In this document: piece after piece, positions 1 through 10,757 of the stretch | How the letters are laid out: every line of letters begins with the position of its first letter | How positions within the stretch are numbered: position 1 is the stretch's first letter | Assembly (NCBI GenBank): GCA_963785305.1 | Contig: CAWAUV010000007.1 | Location: forward strand, 2,080,001-2,144,000 | Length of the DNA: 64,000 bases | DNA from: an uncultured Planctomycetaceae bacterium | Lineage (GTDB): Bacteria > Planctomycetota > Planctomycetia > Pirellulales > PALSA-1355 | Direction of reading: 5' to 3' | Translations under genes and position numbers: made by a program | The notes under the pieces: generated by a model | What the model was told of the DNA's origin: nothing | Databases searched by the model: none | Seen by the model: only the letters and a program-made list of their open reading frames with translations

Positions 1-2220
1 TTCAATCGCGCTTACAAAAGCTTGGGTTGCCATGATTCCAAAAAGTGCTTCGTCGCCCTTATCGTCCTCGCCATTGGCTTCGACCCATTCCTTCCCAGGG
101 CTTTGCTTGCTCACGTTGCCAACATAATAAAAATAATTGAAATAAACCTTAGCGTTATCGTTCGCGCAGACAAGCTGAGACAAATATATATCCGCCGTAT
201 CATTATAATTCGCGGGACGATCGAAAATCGATTTCTGCGGCTTAGGGTTCTTGGGCGAATGTCCATCCGTGGACGTCCCGTTTGGATTGCCCGGTCCGCC
301 ATACCAGGGAGGCTGTCCCGAATTAATCGGTTGTGGATTGAGCGTTGGATTGCTAGGGAACCCTATCGTACCATTGGCTGCCCCGTTGTCGTAATGCGGC
401 ACGAACTTCGTTGCCATCCAAGCTTTTCCAGTCTCCGACTTTCGCTCGTTGTTTGCAATGACGTGCTGGATCCATCCATATTCATGGCTATCGCCTTCCT
501 TGGGAATAAACTGCAAAAACACCCCCGGCTTCGAGCCAACGGTATTTTGATAATTGCCAACAGCAGCAGCGATCTTCAGGGAAACGGTTCCGATCGCGAT
601 CTTATAGTCTTTACTCTTCGCTAGAGGAAATACAAAACGTTCTTCTAATCCGCTCGGGTCGGTCGCATTAGTCGAATTATTTTGGACGAAAGCGAAGAGA
701 CTCGCTTGTCGGCCCGCAAACCCGATCGGATCGTTCTGCGTCCACAGCCCGTCGACGGCGTCGTAATAACGCGTCATGCTTTTGTCGAGGCCGGTGGCGG
801 TGTCGTGGACGAAGCCGGTGTAGCCGAAGAGGTAACTGATCGTGGTGTCCGACTGGCTGGTCATGGCGCCGAAGGCGGTGTAGGTAATTTGGTTGACGAT
901 CGTCGTCGTTGCCGTCGTCGCGTCGTATTCGACCAAGTCGCGAGCCGTGCCTTGGTTGTCGACCAAGGGGTAAAGCACGATGCCGGCTGCGGTGGGGAGT
1001 TCTCCCGCATCCGTCGGGTCGAATTGTTCGTCGGCGAAGACTTGATCCACCATTGGGCCGTCCAAGTAGCGGTTCGTGAGGGCGTTCGTGCCGTCGAGCG
1101 TGGCGACGATGGCTTGGCCGTCGTACACGAACTTTGTTTCGGTCGTGGCGCCGCCGGCTACCGCGACAGTTTCCGAAACTTGCCGGCCAACCGCGTCGTA
1201 CGCGTACGTCACCGTTTGCGTGACCACGCCGGCGCTGGTGTAGCTGGTGACGCTGGTCAATTCGTTGCGGTAATCGTAAGCGTAGGTCGTATACGCGCCG
1301 GTGGCGATGTTGGTTTGCTCGATGCGATTGCCATCGGCGTCGTACTGGTAGTCGTATGTGCCATCGGTGATCAGCGTGTTGTTGGCGCCGGTCGAGGAAC
1401 TTGTGGTGGCCGAGCCGGTTGTCGTCGATTGGCGGTTGCCCGTCGCGTCGTAGACGTAGCCTTCATCGAGCGAGGAATCGTTGACGCCGGTCGCGCCGGT
1501 AAGCTGGCCGGCCGGGTCGTAGGAGTACGTCAGGTTCTCATTGGAATGCTCGGTGTTACTGAACGAAGTGATTTCGCCCAGCGAATTGAACGTCCAAGTG
1601 TAACCTGCGAGCGTGTTGCCCTGGGCGGTGTACGTCAAACCGGTCAAGTCACCAGCGCCATCGTAGCCGTAGTTGCTTGTGTAGACGTTGTTGGCGCCCG
1701 CGAGATCGGCATACGTCGAGACGCCGGTGATCTGACCGTTGTTGTTGTACGAAAGATTCACCCGCTTAGTTCGACTTTCGCGGTTTTCAAAAGTTCCGAT
1801 AGCCCGATTCGTCGTGGTTTCTCCGATTTCGGCGCGTTTCCGGCAACCTTCGGCCTCTCGGTAACATGCAAAAATTGGCAGTTCGGCCGTCAAACTGTGC
1901 AAAACCCACGAGAAATCGGCGATTCGAGTGCTAGCAAAAAACGCGAAACTTGAACTTAGGCGCGACGTAATCGCCGCCGGATTGGCCCTGCTGCGTGACG
2001 CTCGTCTGGCGGTCGAGGTTGTCGTACGTATAGTTGTTGACGTAATCGGCGGTCCCGTTGATCGACAAGGCGCTCGATGTGCGGTTCCCGTTCTGGTCGT
2101 AGCCATTCGTCAACGTCACGGGGCCTGAATATCCGTTGCCGGTCACGCTATCGGTCGCGACCTGGCCTTCGTTGTCATAGCTGAGCGTGTCGGTCGTGGT
2201 CGACGCGGCGGTGTTGGTCA
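1..2220 (-). pseudogene. Orphan RHS/YD-repeat cassette 6 (5'-truncated, MITE-interrupted) with C-terminal toxin tip running off the window edge
   Basis: Manual minus-strand translation gives YD repeats, the core end ...WTQNDPIGFAGRQASLFAFVQNNSTNATDPSG, then an open low-GC tip (YGWIQH...PPWYGG...IFDRP...SQLVC) to base 1. Interrupted at 1769-1955. Confidence 0.88.
1769..1955. mobile_element. 187-bp MITE, copy 1
   Basis: TIRs GTTCGACTTTCGC...GCGAAACTTGAAC; TTA duplication at 1766-1768 and 1956-1958. The empty site CACCCGCTTAGGCGCG is seen in the paralogue at 18371-18386. Confidence 0.9.
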
Positions 2221-2697
2221 GTCAGGTGACTCTGCGAACAGAATTAAATCCCCGCCCTCGTCGACAAGAACCTCAAATGGCAGTCCCTCATTCGTCCTTC
2301 CTTGCTTGTAGAACCTCGCAGTTGGTCCGTCGATCCGTTGCTCCGCCTCCGGAATGGATTCACGTTGCCGGCGTAGGGTGGTCTCATTAGTGCTTTTCAA
2401 ATGATTGAGTGCGACAAAATCATTTACCGTTTGTGGCGGGATGCGCAAGCGAATGAAAAACCAGTATGGATGTATCAACGATGGATCATTATATACTCGA
2501 ACGCTTGATAAATCCGCCGGAAGCCTAAGCGACGTCTTGTTTGAAACATATGCTAACGACATCTTAGTATCGAAAAGCGTGAACATGTAATAGCAAGTAA
2601 TGATCGCACATGTAATGACGATAAGGCAACCAATCGCGACGGATACCCTTCGGTTCCATACTCCGGCTGTTCGTCGATCTTTATTATCTGTGTGCAT
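2218..2697 (-). CDS. Putative immunity protein (N-terminal TM helix plus extracytoplasmic domain)
   Basis: Low GC, directly downstream of the toxin tip; hydrophobic segment VSVAIGCLIVITCAIITCYYMFTLF. An in-frame upstream hydrophobic extension is cut by one TGA. Confidence 0.65.
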   Translation of the reverse strand: MHTDNKDRRTAGVWNRRVSVAIGCLIVITCAIITCYYMFTLFDTKMSLAYVSNKTSLRLPADLSSVRVYNDPSLIHPYWFFIRLRIPPQTVNDFVALNHLKSTNETTLRRQRESIPEAEQRIDGPTARFYKQGRTNEGLPFEVLVDEGGDLILFAESPD

Positions 2698-2816
2698 CGC
2701 AGTGAAACCGCAGAAAACGACGGCGGCCGATCAAAGAGAAATAAAAAGCCAAGACGATCTCAAATTGAACACGATCGCGTACATCTCGCGCAATGAGGAA
2801 CTGGATCAAGGAATTG

Positions 2817-4570
2817 CTAATCCTGGTCATGCGACGTTCCTGGTGTCGGGGCTTGGCTTATTCCTGCCCATTCGACGTTTTTTTGTCCCGATTGCTGAGT
2901 CACGCTAAGTGGAACACTATCGATCTTGAATGGCACGCCTGTCATGAAATATGCGCCGTAGCGAGTTTTTATCTCGGCAGTCGCATTGCGATCTCCCCAA
3001 GGCTTTGGATCAAAGTCATATATATCCGAAAACCGCATCGTGCCCTCAAACTTCCATTCGGTTCCATCCTCTGAGCATTTCGCCATCAGTTTCCCGGCAA
3101 CATTTATCGTAAAATGTCCGAGGGTCCCATTTGCGCTTGCCGCGCCGTCGATCGAGCCAAAAAATTCTTCGGTTTGCCCCGCGCCCCCGGACGCGGACGA
3201 TTTTGCCGTAAGATCGCGAAGCAAGTCGACAAAATAATCGTTTTCTTTGAGGCTGAAGGGTTCAGGCTTTACGTCGACTGCGTCTTGCTCGGTTAGAACG
3301 TATAGTAATCCGGTCCCCTCCCAATAATGGTCGACTAACTGCTTGGCCAGCTCATTGTTCTGCGCAAAGCGACCGAATCTGTTGGGAATTTGAGCGAGTA
3401 GCCAGCTGTTCAAGCCACTTACAGGAGCGAGCGGACCGTAGGCGGGAATGGGAGCGGGAGGACGCCTAGGAGGTGATGGAACGGGTGTCGTATAGTCGCC
3501 ATCCGCATTGGGCACCTGTTCCCATGTGCCCCACGGATCAGTTCCGACAGTCACTTGGTTCCGGACAAAGCGGCTCAAATTCGCATCTCTGCCCGCGAAG
3601 CCGATCGGGTCTTGTTGGTTCCATCTGCCGTCGGCGGGCATGTATTCGCGCGTTAGGCTTTTCAGATTTCCCGTCGCGGGGTCTTGCATGAATCCAGTGT
3701 AGCCGAAGAGGTAGTCGACGGCGGTTGGGTTCGTTTGCGACAGGGTGCTTCCGAAGGCGCTGTAGGCTATGTGATCGAGGACGGCGCCGGTCGAATCGAT
3801 CAAATCGTGGTCCGTGCCTTGGGCGTCGTCGATGGGCCAAAGGATGTTGCCGGGCGCTGTTGGGGCGGCGCTCGGGGTCGTGTATTGCTCGTCCGCCAAA
3901 ACCTGATCGACGGCGGCGCCGTAGAGGTAGCGGTCGGTGAGTTGGCCCGAGCCGTTGAATTGCATCACGACCTGGTTGCCGTCGTAGACGAGGTGTTCAT
4001 CGACGATGGTCGCGCCGGTGGAGTCGACTTCGGTCTCGGCGATCATGCGGCCGAGGGCGTCGTACTGGTAAGTGGTCGTGTCTTGCACCGCGCCGGCGCT
4101 GCTATAGGCCACCGCCGAGGTCATTTCATTGGCGTTGTTGTATGCGTAGAAGGTGTAGGCGCCGGTGGCGATGGTCGTTTGTTCGACCATGTTGCCATCG
4201 GCATCGTACTGGTAATCATACGTGCCATCGGTGATGAGCTCGTTGTCGGCGCCGGTTGTCGAGACGGCGCTCGTCGCCGAGCCGGTCGCGGGCGTCGTGA
4301 CGACGCTGGTGCGGTTACCATTGGCGTCGTAGGCGAATTGCTCGCTGGCGACCGTGCCGGAAGATGGATAATCCGCCGAGGTGAGTTGGCCGACGAGGTC
4401 ATATCCGTAGGTCGTGGCGCCATCCACCGACGAGGTGAACGAGGTCACTTCGTTCGATGGATTGTACGCATAACTAAAATCGTCGATCGCGGCGCCGCTC
4501 GAGTTCGTGTTGTCGATCGACGTGATCCGGTCGGCGCCGTCGTAGCTGTACGTCGAGGTCGCGACGTATA
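2817..4570 (-). CDS. Orphan RHS cassette 5 with colicin-M-like C-terminal toxin
   Basis: YD repeats; QQDPIG...TDPWG core end; tip HYWEGTG...GTLGHFTINVAGKL...WKFEGTMRFSDIYDFD...DR...E..TRYG...GVPFKI. Confidence 0.85.
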
Positions 4571-4737
4571 AGCCGGCGGCGCGCGCCGAAGGCCATTCGA
4601 CGCGCGCCAGTTCTTGGATTGTCAAAGATGAGCCGCGATTTCTCGCGCGCGAGGATCAAGCCTCGCGCAATCCGCCAAAATCCTGCGGGATTTCCCACTC
4701 AAAAACGTTCACTCATGATTCGCTGGGCCGGGACAGC
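4571..4737. mobile_element. Possible IS-end remnant at a cassette junction
   Basis: Non-RHS sequence abutting the truncated RHS; ends in GGACAGC like the elements ending at 16125 and 20977. Confidence 0.35.
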
Positions 4738-4798
4738 CGGTGGTTGCTGAATCACTTATGGACCTAACGTGCGGCCGAGTATTTTGACCAATAGGCGT

Positions 4799-5172
4799 TC
4801 AGATTGAGTTTTCGGGAGGCGCAACACGAGGATCGCAGTAGATCCGTGAATGAAAAGGCTGACATACTTGGCCGATCGATACCGCCTGATCGTCATTCAA
4901 GAAAAGAATGTCCAGATGCTCATGTTCTCCGAACATATCTCGAAAAATACTCGAGACTCCGGCCAGGATGTCTCGCGCAAGTCATTCGGCGCGGCGATGC
5001 ATACGGCTATGCTCACATCGCTCGGATTATCGTAGTAAACGCGGCATAGATATGCAGAAATTGGCTGCCCAAAAGATTGAAAGAACTGAGATAACTTCCT
5101 CGTAAAGATATGCTCGATATTACCAATTTGTTCTCCAATAAAATGGATGCCACCTGCATCATGCTCTTCCAT
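4799..5172 (-). CDS. SseB C-terminal-domain-like protein (frameshift near 4975)
   Basis: Joined frames read FIGEQIG...AYLCRV...IAVCI...IFRDMFGEHEHLDILFL...CQPF, typical of SseB_C. Confidence 0.6.
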
Positions 5173-5209
5173 TGTAGGCCTCCCATTTCCGTCATATTGC
5201 CCCCGCGCT

Positions 5210-5594
5210 TCATATGGGGTCGAATTTGTGGTTTACCGCGTCTTCAGCCGTCCGGTATAGCTCACCCCAGGCAATTACCTCGACGTCCGATGGCTCAATG
5301 GTATCGAGGCCATCAGGAATTAAACAATCATTCAATATGCGCAACATGAACAAAACAGGGAAAGCCACTTATGGGGAAGAGGTGCTCGCCTTCGTGGCGA
5401 TTCGCCAGCACGAAATAATGCATATCACCGATCGCCCCCCACGGTTGACCATTGACTGGTGGCACCAGTCGAATCAAAGCGCATTCGTTTCCTGAAGGAA
5501 AGGACATTCTTCGAATAATATGGCATTCGCGCACCGGTTCAAACCGGATGCTGTCCAGAGAAGACAGGAAGTAGGTCTTATCGCCCATTGTCAA
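5210..5594 (-). CDS. Putative cytoplasmic immunity protein (frameshift near 5330)
   Basis: Start overlaps the toxin stop; a second frame continues ...VEVIAWGELYRTAEDAVNHKFDPI*; no TM segment. Confidence 0.65.
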
Positions 5595-8500
5595 AACTCT
5601 GGATTAACTCCACTGACTTTCGTGACAGTGACTGCGCCGTTCTCCAAGGCACCGGGAATAATGTACTCCGACAGGCCCCCTGGATTTCCGTCGAGAGGCG
5701 TCGCTGACCGCATTTTGACAATTTTGCTTGGGTCGCTCAGCGCTCCTTCTATTACAAATCTGCCAGTGTTTGTCACGCCACTCTCGGCTCCGCCGGATGG
5801 CAAGCCTGCAACTTGCCGATAGTTTGGCACGCTGCCGGGATTTATAGGCGTCCATGAAGCGCCCCCGGGTTTCGCGTCTCCACCATATACACGGTAGACT
5901 TTATCGCCGATCGCCGGCGGACGCAAGTTATTTTGAGCCAATGGTGATTTTGGAGAAAATAACCCGAGGCTCGTAGCGGATTGATAGGCTCCATAGCCCG
6001 CGCGAAAGATATCGACAGCCGATGCAACCGCCTCTTTCGCACCGCATTGTCCCTCGGCCACACGAGTTACTAAACCAACTGTTCCTACCGCCGCTTGCCC
6101 TGCTCCGGCGACTGCGCCTACAACGTGCAAACCCATATTGGCGACATTCAAGCCCGTCGCAGTAGCTTGAGCGGCGCGAACCGCAACTTGTGTTGCCCGT
6201 AAGCCGGCATACGCCTCGGACGTTGCAACTGCAGCCTTCTGCGCGGCTTGAACCGCTTTACCCACGCGGGCGGCCGCGGCCCCAGCGCGAACCGCTAAGC
6301 CACCACCCAAGCCCCCAGTCATTATATCTGCCGCAGCAGACGCTGCATTGAGCGCCATTCGGGCGGCATATTCTTTTCCCGTAATCCCCCCGGCCGCATA
6401 CTGGTAAGTATCCCATGCCGTAAATGCCGCAGTGATCGCGATACTCCAAAATTCGCCATTCGGATCGACATAGACGATTGGCGAATTTGCGGAATATCGG
6501 GAGAGGTTGGGATCCTGCCCACGGAAACCGATCCAGTCTTCTTGCGTCCACAGGCCATCGGTGGCGTCGTAATAGCGCGTCATGCTTTTGTCGAGGCCGG
6601 TGGCGGTGTCGTGGACGAAGCCGGTGTAGCCGAAGAGGTAGGCGACGCCGGTGTCCGACTGGCTGGTCACGGCGCCGAAGGCGGTGTAGGTGATGTGGTT
6701 GACGATCGTCGTGGTTGCGGTCGTCGCGTCGTATTCGACCAAGTCGCGGGCCGTGCCTTGGTTGTCGACCAAGGGGTAGAGCACGATGCCGGCCGCGGCG
6801 GGGAGTTCTCCCGCATCCGTCGGGTCGAACTGCTCGTCGGCGAAGACTTGATCCACCATTGGGCCATCGAGATAACGGTTCGTCAGGGCGTTCGTGCCAT
6901 CGAGGGTGGCGACGATGGCTTGGCCGTCGTACACGAACTTCGTTTCGGTCGTGGCGCCGCCGGCTACCGCGACAGTTTCCGAAACTTGCCGGCCAACCGC
7001 GTCGTACGTGTACGTCACCGTTTGCGTGACCACGCCGGCGCTGGTGTAACTCGTCACAGCGGTCAATTCGTTGCGGTAGTCGTACGCGTAGATCGTATAC
7101 GCGCCGGTGGCGATGTCGGTTTGTTCGATGCGATTGCCATCGGCGTCGTACTGGTAGTTGTACGTGCCATCGGTGATGAGCGTGTTGTTGGCGCCGGTCG
7201 TCGAGCTCGTGGTGGTCGAGCCGGAAGTCGTCGATTGGCGGTTGCCCGTCGCGTCGTAGACGTAGCCTTCATCGAGCGACGGATCGTTGACGCCGGTCGC
7301 GCCGGTAAGCTGGCCGGCCGGGTCGTAGGAGTACGTCAGGTTCTCATTGGCGTGCTGGCTATTGCTGAACGACGTGATCTCGCCCAGCGAGTTGAACGTC
7401 CACGAGTAGCCGGCGAGCGCGCCGCCCTGGGCGGTGTATGTCAAGCCGGTTAGCTCGCTGGCGCCGTTGTAGCCGTAGCTGCTTGAATACACATTCTCGG
7501 TCGCCGCCAGATCGGCATAGGTCGAGACGCCGGTGATCTGACCGTTGTTGTTGTACGAAAGATTCACCAGCTTCGGCGCCACATAATCGCCGCCGCTTTG
7601 GCCCTGCTGGGTGACGCTCGTCTGGCGGTCGAGGTTGTCGTACGTGTAGGCGTTGACGTAATCGGCGGTCCCGTTGATCGAGAGCGCGCTCGACGTTCGA
7701 TTGCCGTTCTGGTCGTAGCCATTCGTCAACGTCACCGGGCCTGAATATCCGTTGCCGGTCACGCTATCGGTCGTGACCTGGCCTTTGTTGTCATAACTGA
7801 GCGTGTCGGTCGTCGTCGGCGCGGCCGCGCTGGTGAGCTCGCCATCGGCGTTGTAAGTATACGTGTACGTCGCCGATGGGCTCGTGAGGCTGCCCCACAA
7901 CTCGGCGGTTTTTTCATTGAGCGCGTTGTACTGGTAGTACGTCGTCCGCCCATTAAAATCCGTCGCGCTGGTTTCATTGCCATTCGCGTCGTACGTGAAC
8001 GACTCGCTCACCGGCGCGTTCGTCGCCGATGGGTTTTCATAGACATCGCGCGATTCGCCGACGAGGCGATTCAAATTGTCGTACGTGAACGTCGTCGTGT
8101 TGCCGTCGGCGTCGGTCAGGCTCGTTTGATTGCCATTGGCGTCGTAGGTGAAGCTGGTCACATTCCCGTCGGGATCGGTCGTGCTGGTTTCTTGGCCGAG
8201 GTGGTTGTAGGCGTACGTGGTCGCTTGCTGGATCGGCGTGGCGATGTACGCGCTCGGGTCGGCGATGTAATTTTCGACGGCGGTGACGTCGGCGCTGGTC
8301 ACGGTATTATTGCCGAGCACATCGTAATACGGCGGCGGAGCGTCGCCCGCGGTCGGCGTGGGCAAGGCGCCGCCGCCGGTGGCGTTGTACTCTTGGATCA
8401 ACGCCAGCACATCGGCCGGCGTGACACTGCCATCGCCATTGACGTCGAACACATTCACCGGATTCTGCCACGCGGTCGCCGCGGCGGCGGTGGCCTGCTC

Positions 8501-10163
8501 GAGCAGGTTGCCGTCGGCGTCGTGGGCGTAGTCGGTCGTCGTGCCGGCCACGCCGTTCTCGGGCGCCGGCGCGGTTCGCGAGGTCATTTGGCCCAGGGCG
8601 TTGTAGGCGTAGGTCGTCGTCTGGCCGAGCGGATCGGTCGTGCTCGTGACTTCGCCGTCGGCGTCGTACGAGGTCGCGCTCGCCGCGCCAAGGCCGCCGC
8701 CGCTCGCGGCCGGCTCGATCGTTTTGATCCGCCGGCCCAGGCTGTCGTACACGTAGCGCGTGGTCGCGCCGTTGGGATCGGTTTGGGCGACCATGTTGCC
8801 ATTGGGATCGTAGACGGCGCTGGTCGTGGGACCGGGCCCGGAGCCGCTGGCCGCCGGCTGCGTGACGCTCGCTTGCTCGCCGGCGCCGTTGTAGGCGTAC
8901 GTCGTCACGCGGCCCAGCGGATCGATCGCGGCGACCACCTCGTTGTCGGCGTCGTACAGCGTGCTCGTCGTCGGGCCTTGGCCGGCGCCGCCGTTCGGAT
9001 TCGGCTGAATGATCGCGACTTGCCGCTCGAGGCCATCGTACACGTAGCGCGTCGTGTTCCCGTTGGGATCGGTCATCGAAAGCTCGTTGCCGGCGGCGTC
9101 ATACGTATAAGTAGTGGTCGGCGCGGCGGCGCCCGACGACGGCGCGGGCTGGGTGACGCTCGTCTGGCGGCCATCGCCATCGTACGCATAGGTCGTCACA
9201 TTGCCCAGCGCGTCGGTCATGCTCGTCACTTCGCCATCGAGGTCGTACCCGACATACGTCGTCGGCCCGCCGCCCGCCGCCCCGGTCGCCGCGCTGGGCT
9301 CGATCGTTTCGGTTTGCTGGCCAAGCGCATTATACACATACTCGGTCGTGTTTCCGTCGCCATCGGTCGTGGAAAGCACGTTGCCGTCGCCGTCGTAGGT
9401 GGTGATCGTCGTCGGGCCCGAGCCGGCGATGCCGGTCAGGGCGTTCGGCTCGATGACTTCGGTCTGTTCGCCGAGATCATTATACACATACTCGGTCGTC
9501 CGCCCGAGCGGGTCGGTCATCGACAGCTCGTTGCCGTTGGCGTCGTAGGTGTGGGTGGTGGTCACTCCGCTCGAGGCGGCCACGGGCGCCGACGACGCCA
9601 AGAGCGCGATCTGGCCGGCGGTGAGCGCCGTATCGTAGATCGCCACCGGGCCGATATCGCCGTCGAGATAGCGAGTGCCATCGGACGAGGCGCCGATCGT
9701 CCAGGGAGCATTGACCGCCACGGCCCCTTGCGTGCTCGCCGTGCTGCTCACAAGCGCACCGTCGGCATAGAGTTGCCACGCGCTGCCGGTGAACACGCCG
9801 GTCAAGAATATCCAATTGCCGATGTCGCCCGCCGGAATCGGCGCCGTGGTCGCTTGGTCGCTGCCGTTCCAAGTGCCGAACTGGAAGTAGCCGCTGTTGA
9901 TCCGCAGATACACTTCGGCGTCGGAATTATACGTGTAACCGTGGGCCACGATATCTTGCAGCCCGGCCGTCGATTGCACATCGACCCACGCCGACACGGT
10001 CAGCTCGCCCGAGATATCGAGCGCCGCGGAATTGCTCTCGATCGACACCGCCTCGTTCACGCCATTGAGCGCCAAGCCCGACCCCACCGGGCTCGCCACT
10101 TGCGCCGGAGAGCCGTCGACCACGCCCGTATCGCCATTGCCCGACCCATCGGGCGTCGCGCCG
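5591..10163 (-). CDS. Long RHS cassette 4: LamG domain, YD repeats, dockerin, RHS core, ART-like tip (5'-truncated)
   Basis: 1510-aa ORF; LamG (LTVSAWV...WIFLTGVF...LYADG...IYDTALT); dockerin WQNP...DVNGDGSVTPAD; core end YVDPNG; tip YRVYG..SWT..EY. Confidence 0.9.
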
Positions 10164-10256
10164 CATCAGAAAACTTCTTTGCGCGATCCCCAAACTGTTT
10201 TCCCCGAAAATGGTGAACATCGCGCCATGTCTCACGTCGGATGGAGTTTTCTGGAG
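10164..10256. mobile_element. ~90-bp inverted-repeat-bounded mini element at a cassette junction
   Basis: CAGAAAACT (10167-10175) and AGTTTTCTG (10245-10253), located exactly where the LamG coding sequence breaks off. Confidence 0.5.
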
Positions 10257-10265
10257 AAACAGAAA

Positions 10266-10757
10266 TCAAGGGATTACCTTCCAAAGGGCTATCAAGCCAA
10301 GGCGATCATCCAGGAATTCAGGCTCGATCGACGACCAGCCTGACGGAGGGACTTGCGATAACTCGACACGATAAGCACAACCGACGCGAAACCCCTTGAA
10401 GTTATCAGGTAAGGCGATGTTTTTCGATTTTAAAGGAAGCTTGGGCGCAACAATATTTATTAATCCATTCTCGGGTTTATCCACGTCCATACATTTAAAG
10501 CATTCGAACTCGTCCCAATTCTGAAATCGCAGCTTTAACTGTTCATGAACAAGTATCCGCATGATTATCCGTTCGGACTGGCTAGCTTTCTGACTCCCAT
10601 CGCGACCGCCTTTAGACTGCTCAGCCACCGGTGTGTTCGGGTTGCATCCATTGCCCAAAAGCGCAAGGAACAATACATACGAAAGATAAATGGCGATTTT
10701 TTGACGAATTGTGCGAATATCAGTCTGGCGTGGTCGATCAATATGTTCCGCCTCCAT
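10266..10757 (-). CDS. Putative lipoprotein immunity protein
   Basis: Overlaps the toxin stop; hydrophobic stretch IAIYLSYVLFLALLGNG-C resembles a lipobox. Confidence 0.6.
   Translation of the reverse strand: MEAEHIDRPRQTDIRTIRQKIAIYLSYVLFLALLGNGCNPNTPVAEQSKGGRDGSQKASQSERIIMRILVHEQLKLRFQNWDEFECFKCMDVDKPENGLINIVAPKLPLKSKNIALPDNFKGFRVGCAYRVELSQVPPSGWSSIEPEFLDDRLGLIALWKVIP

Noticed and set aside
2698..2783. TGA recoding or alternative genetic code suggested by an in-frame TGA
   Set aside because: A single case; TGA is used as a normal stop throughout the window.
4595..4625. TTGACA promoter driving cassette 5
   Set aside because: No convincing -10 hexamer at 16-18 nt spacing.
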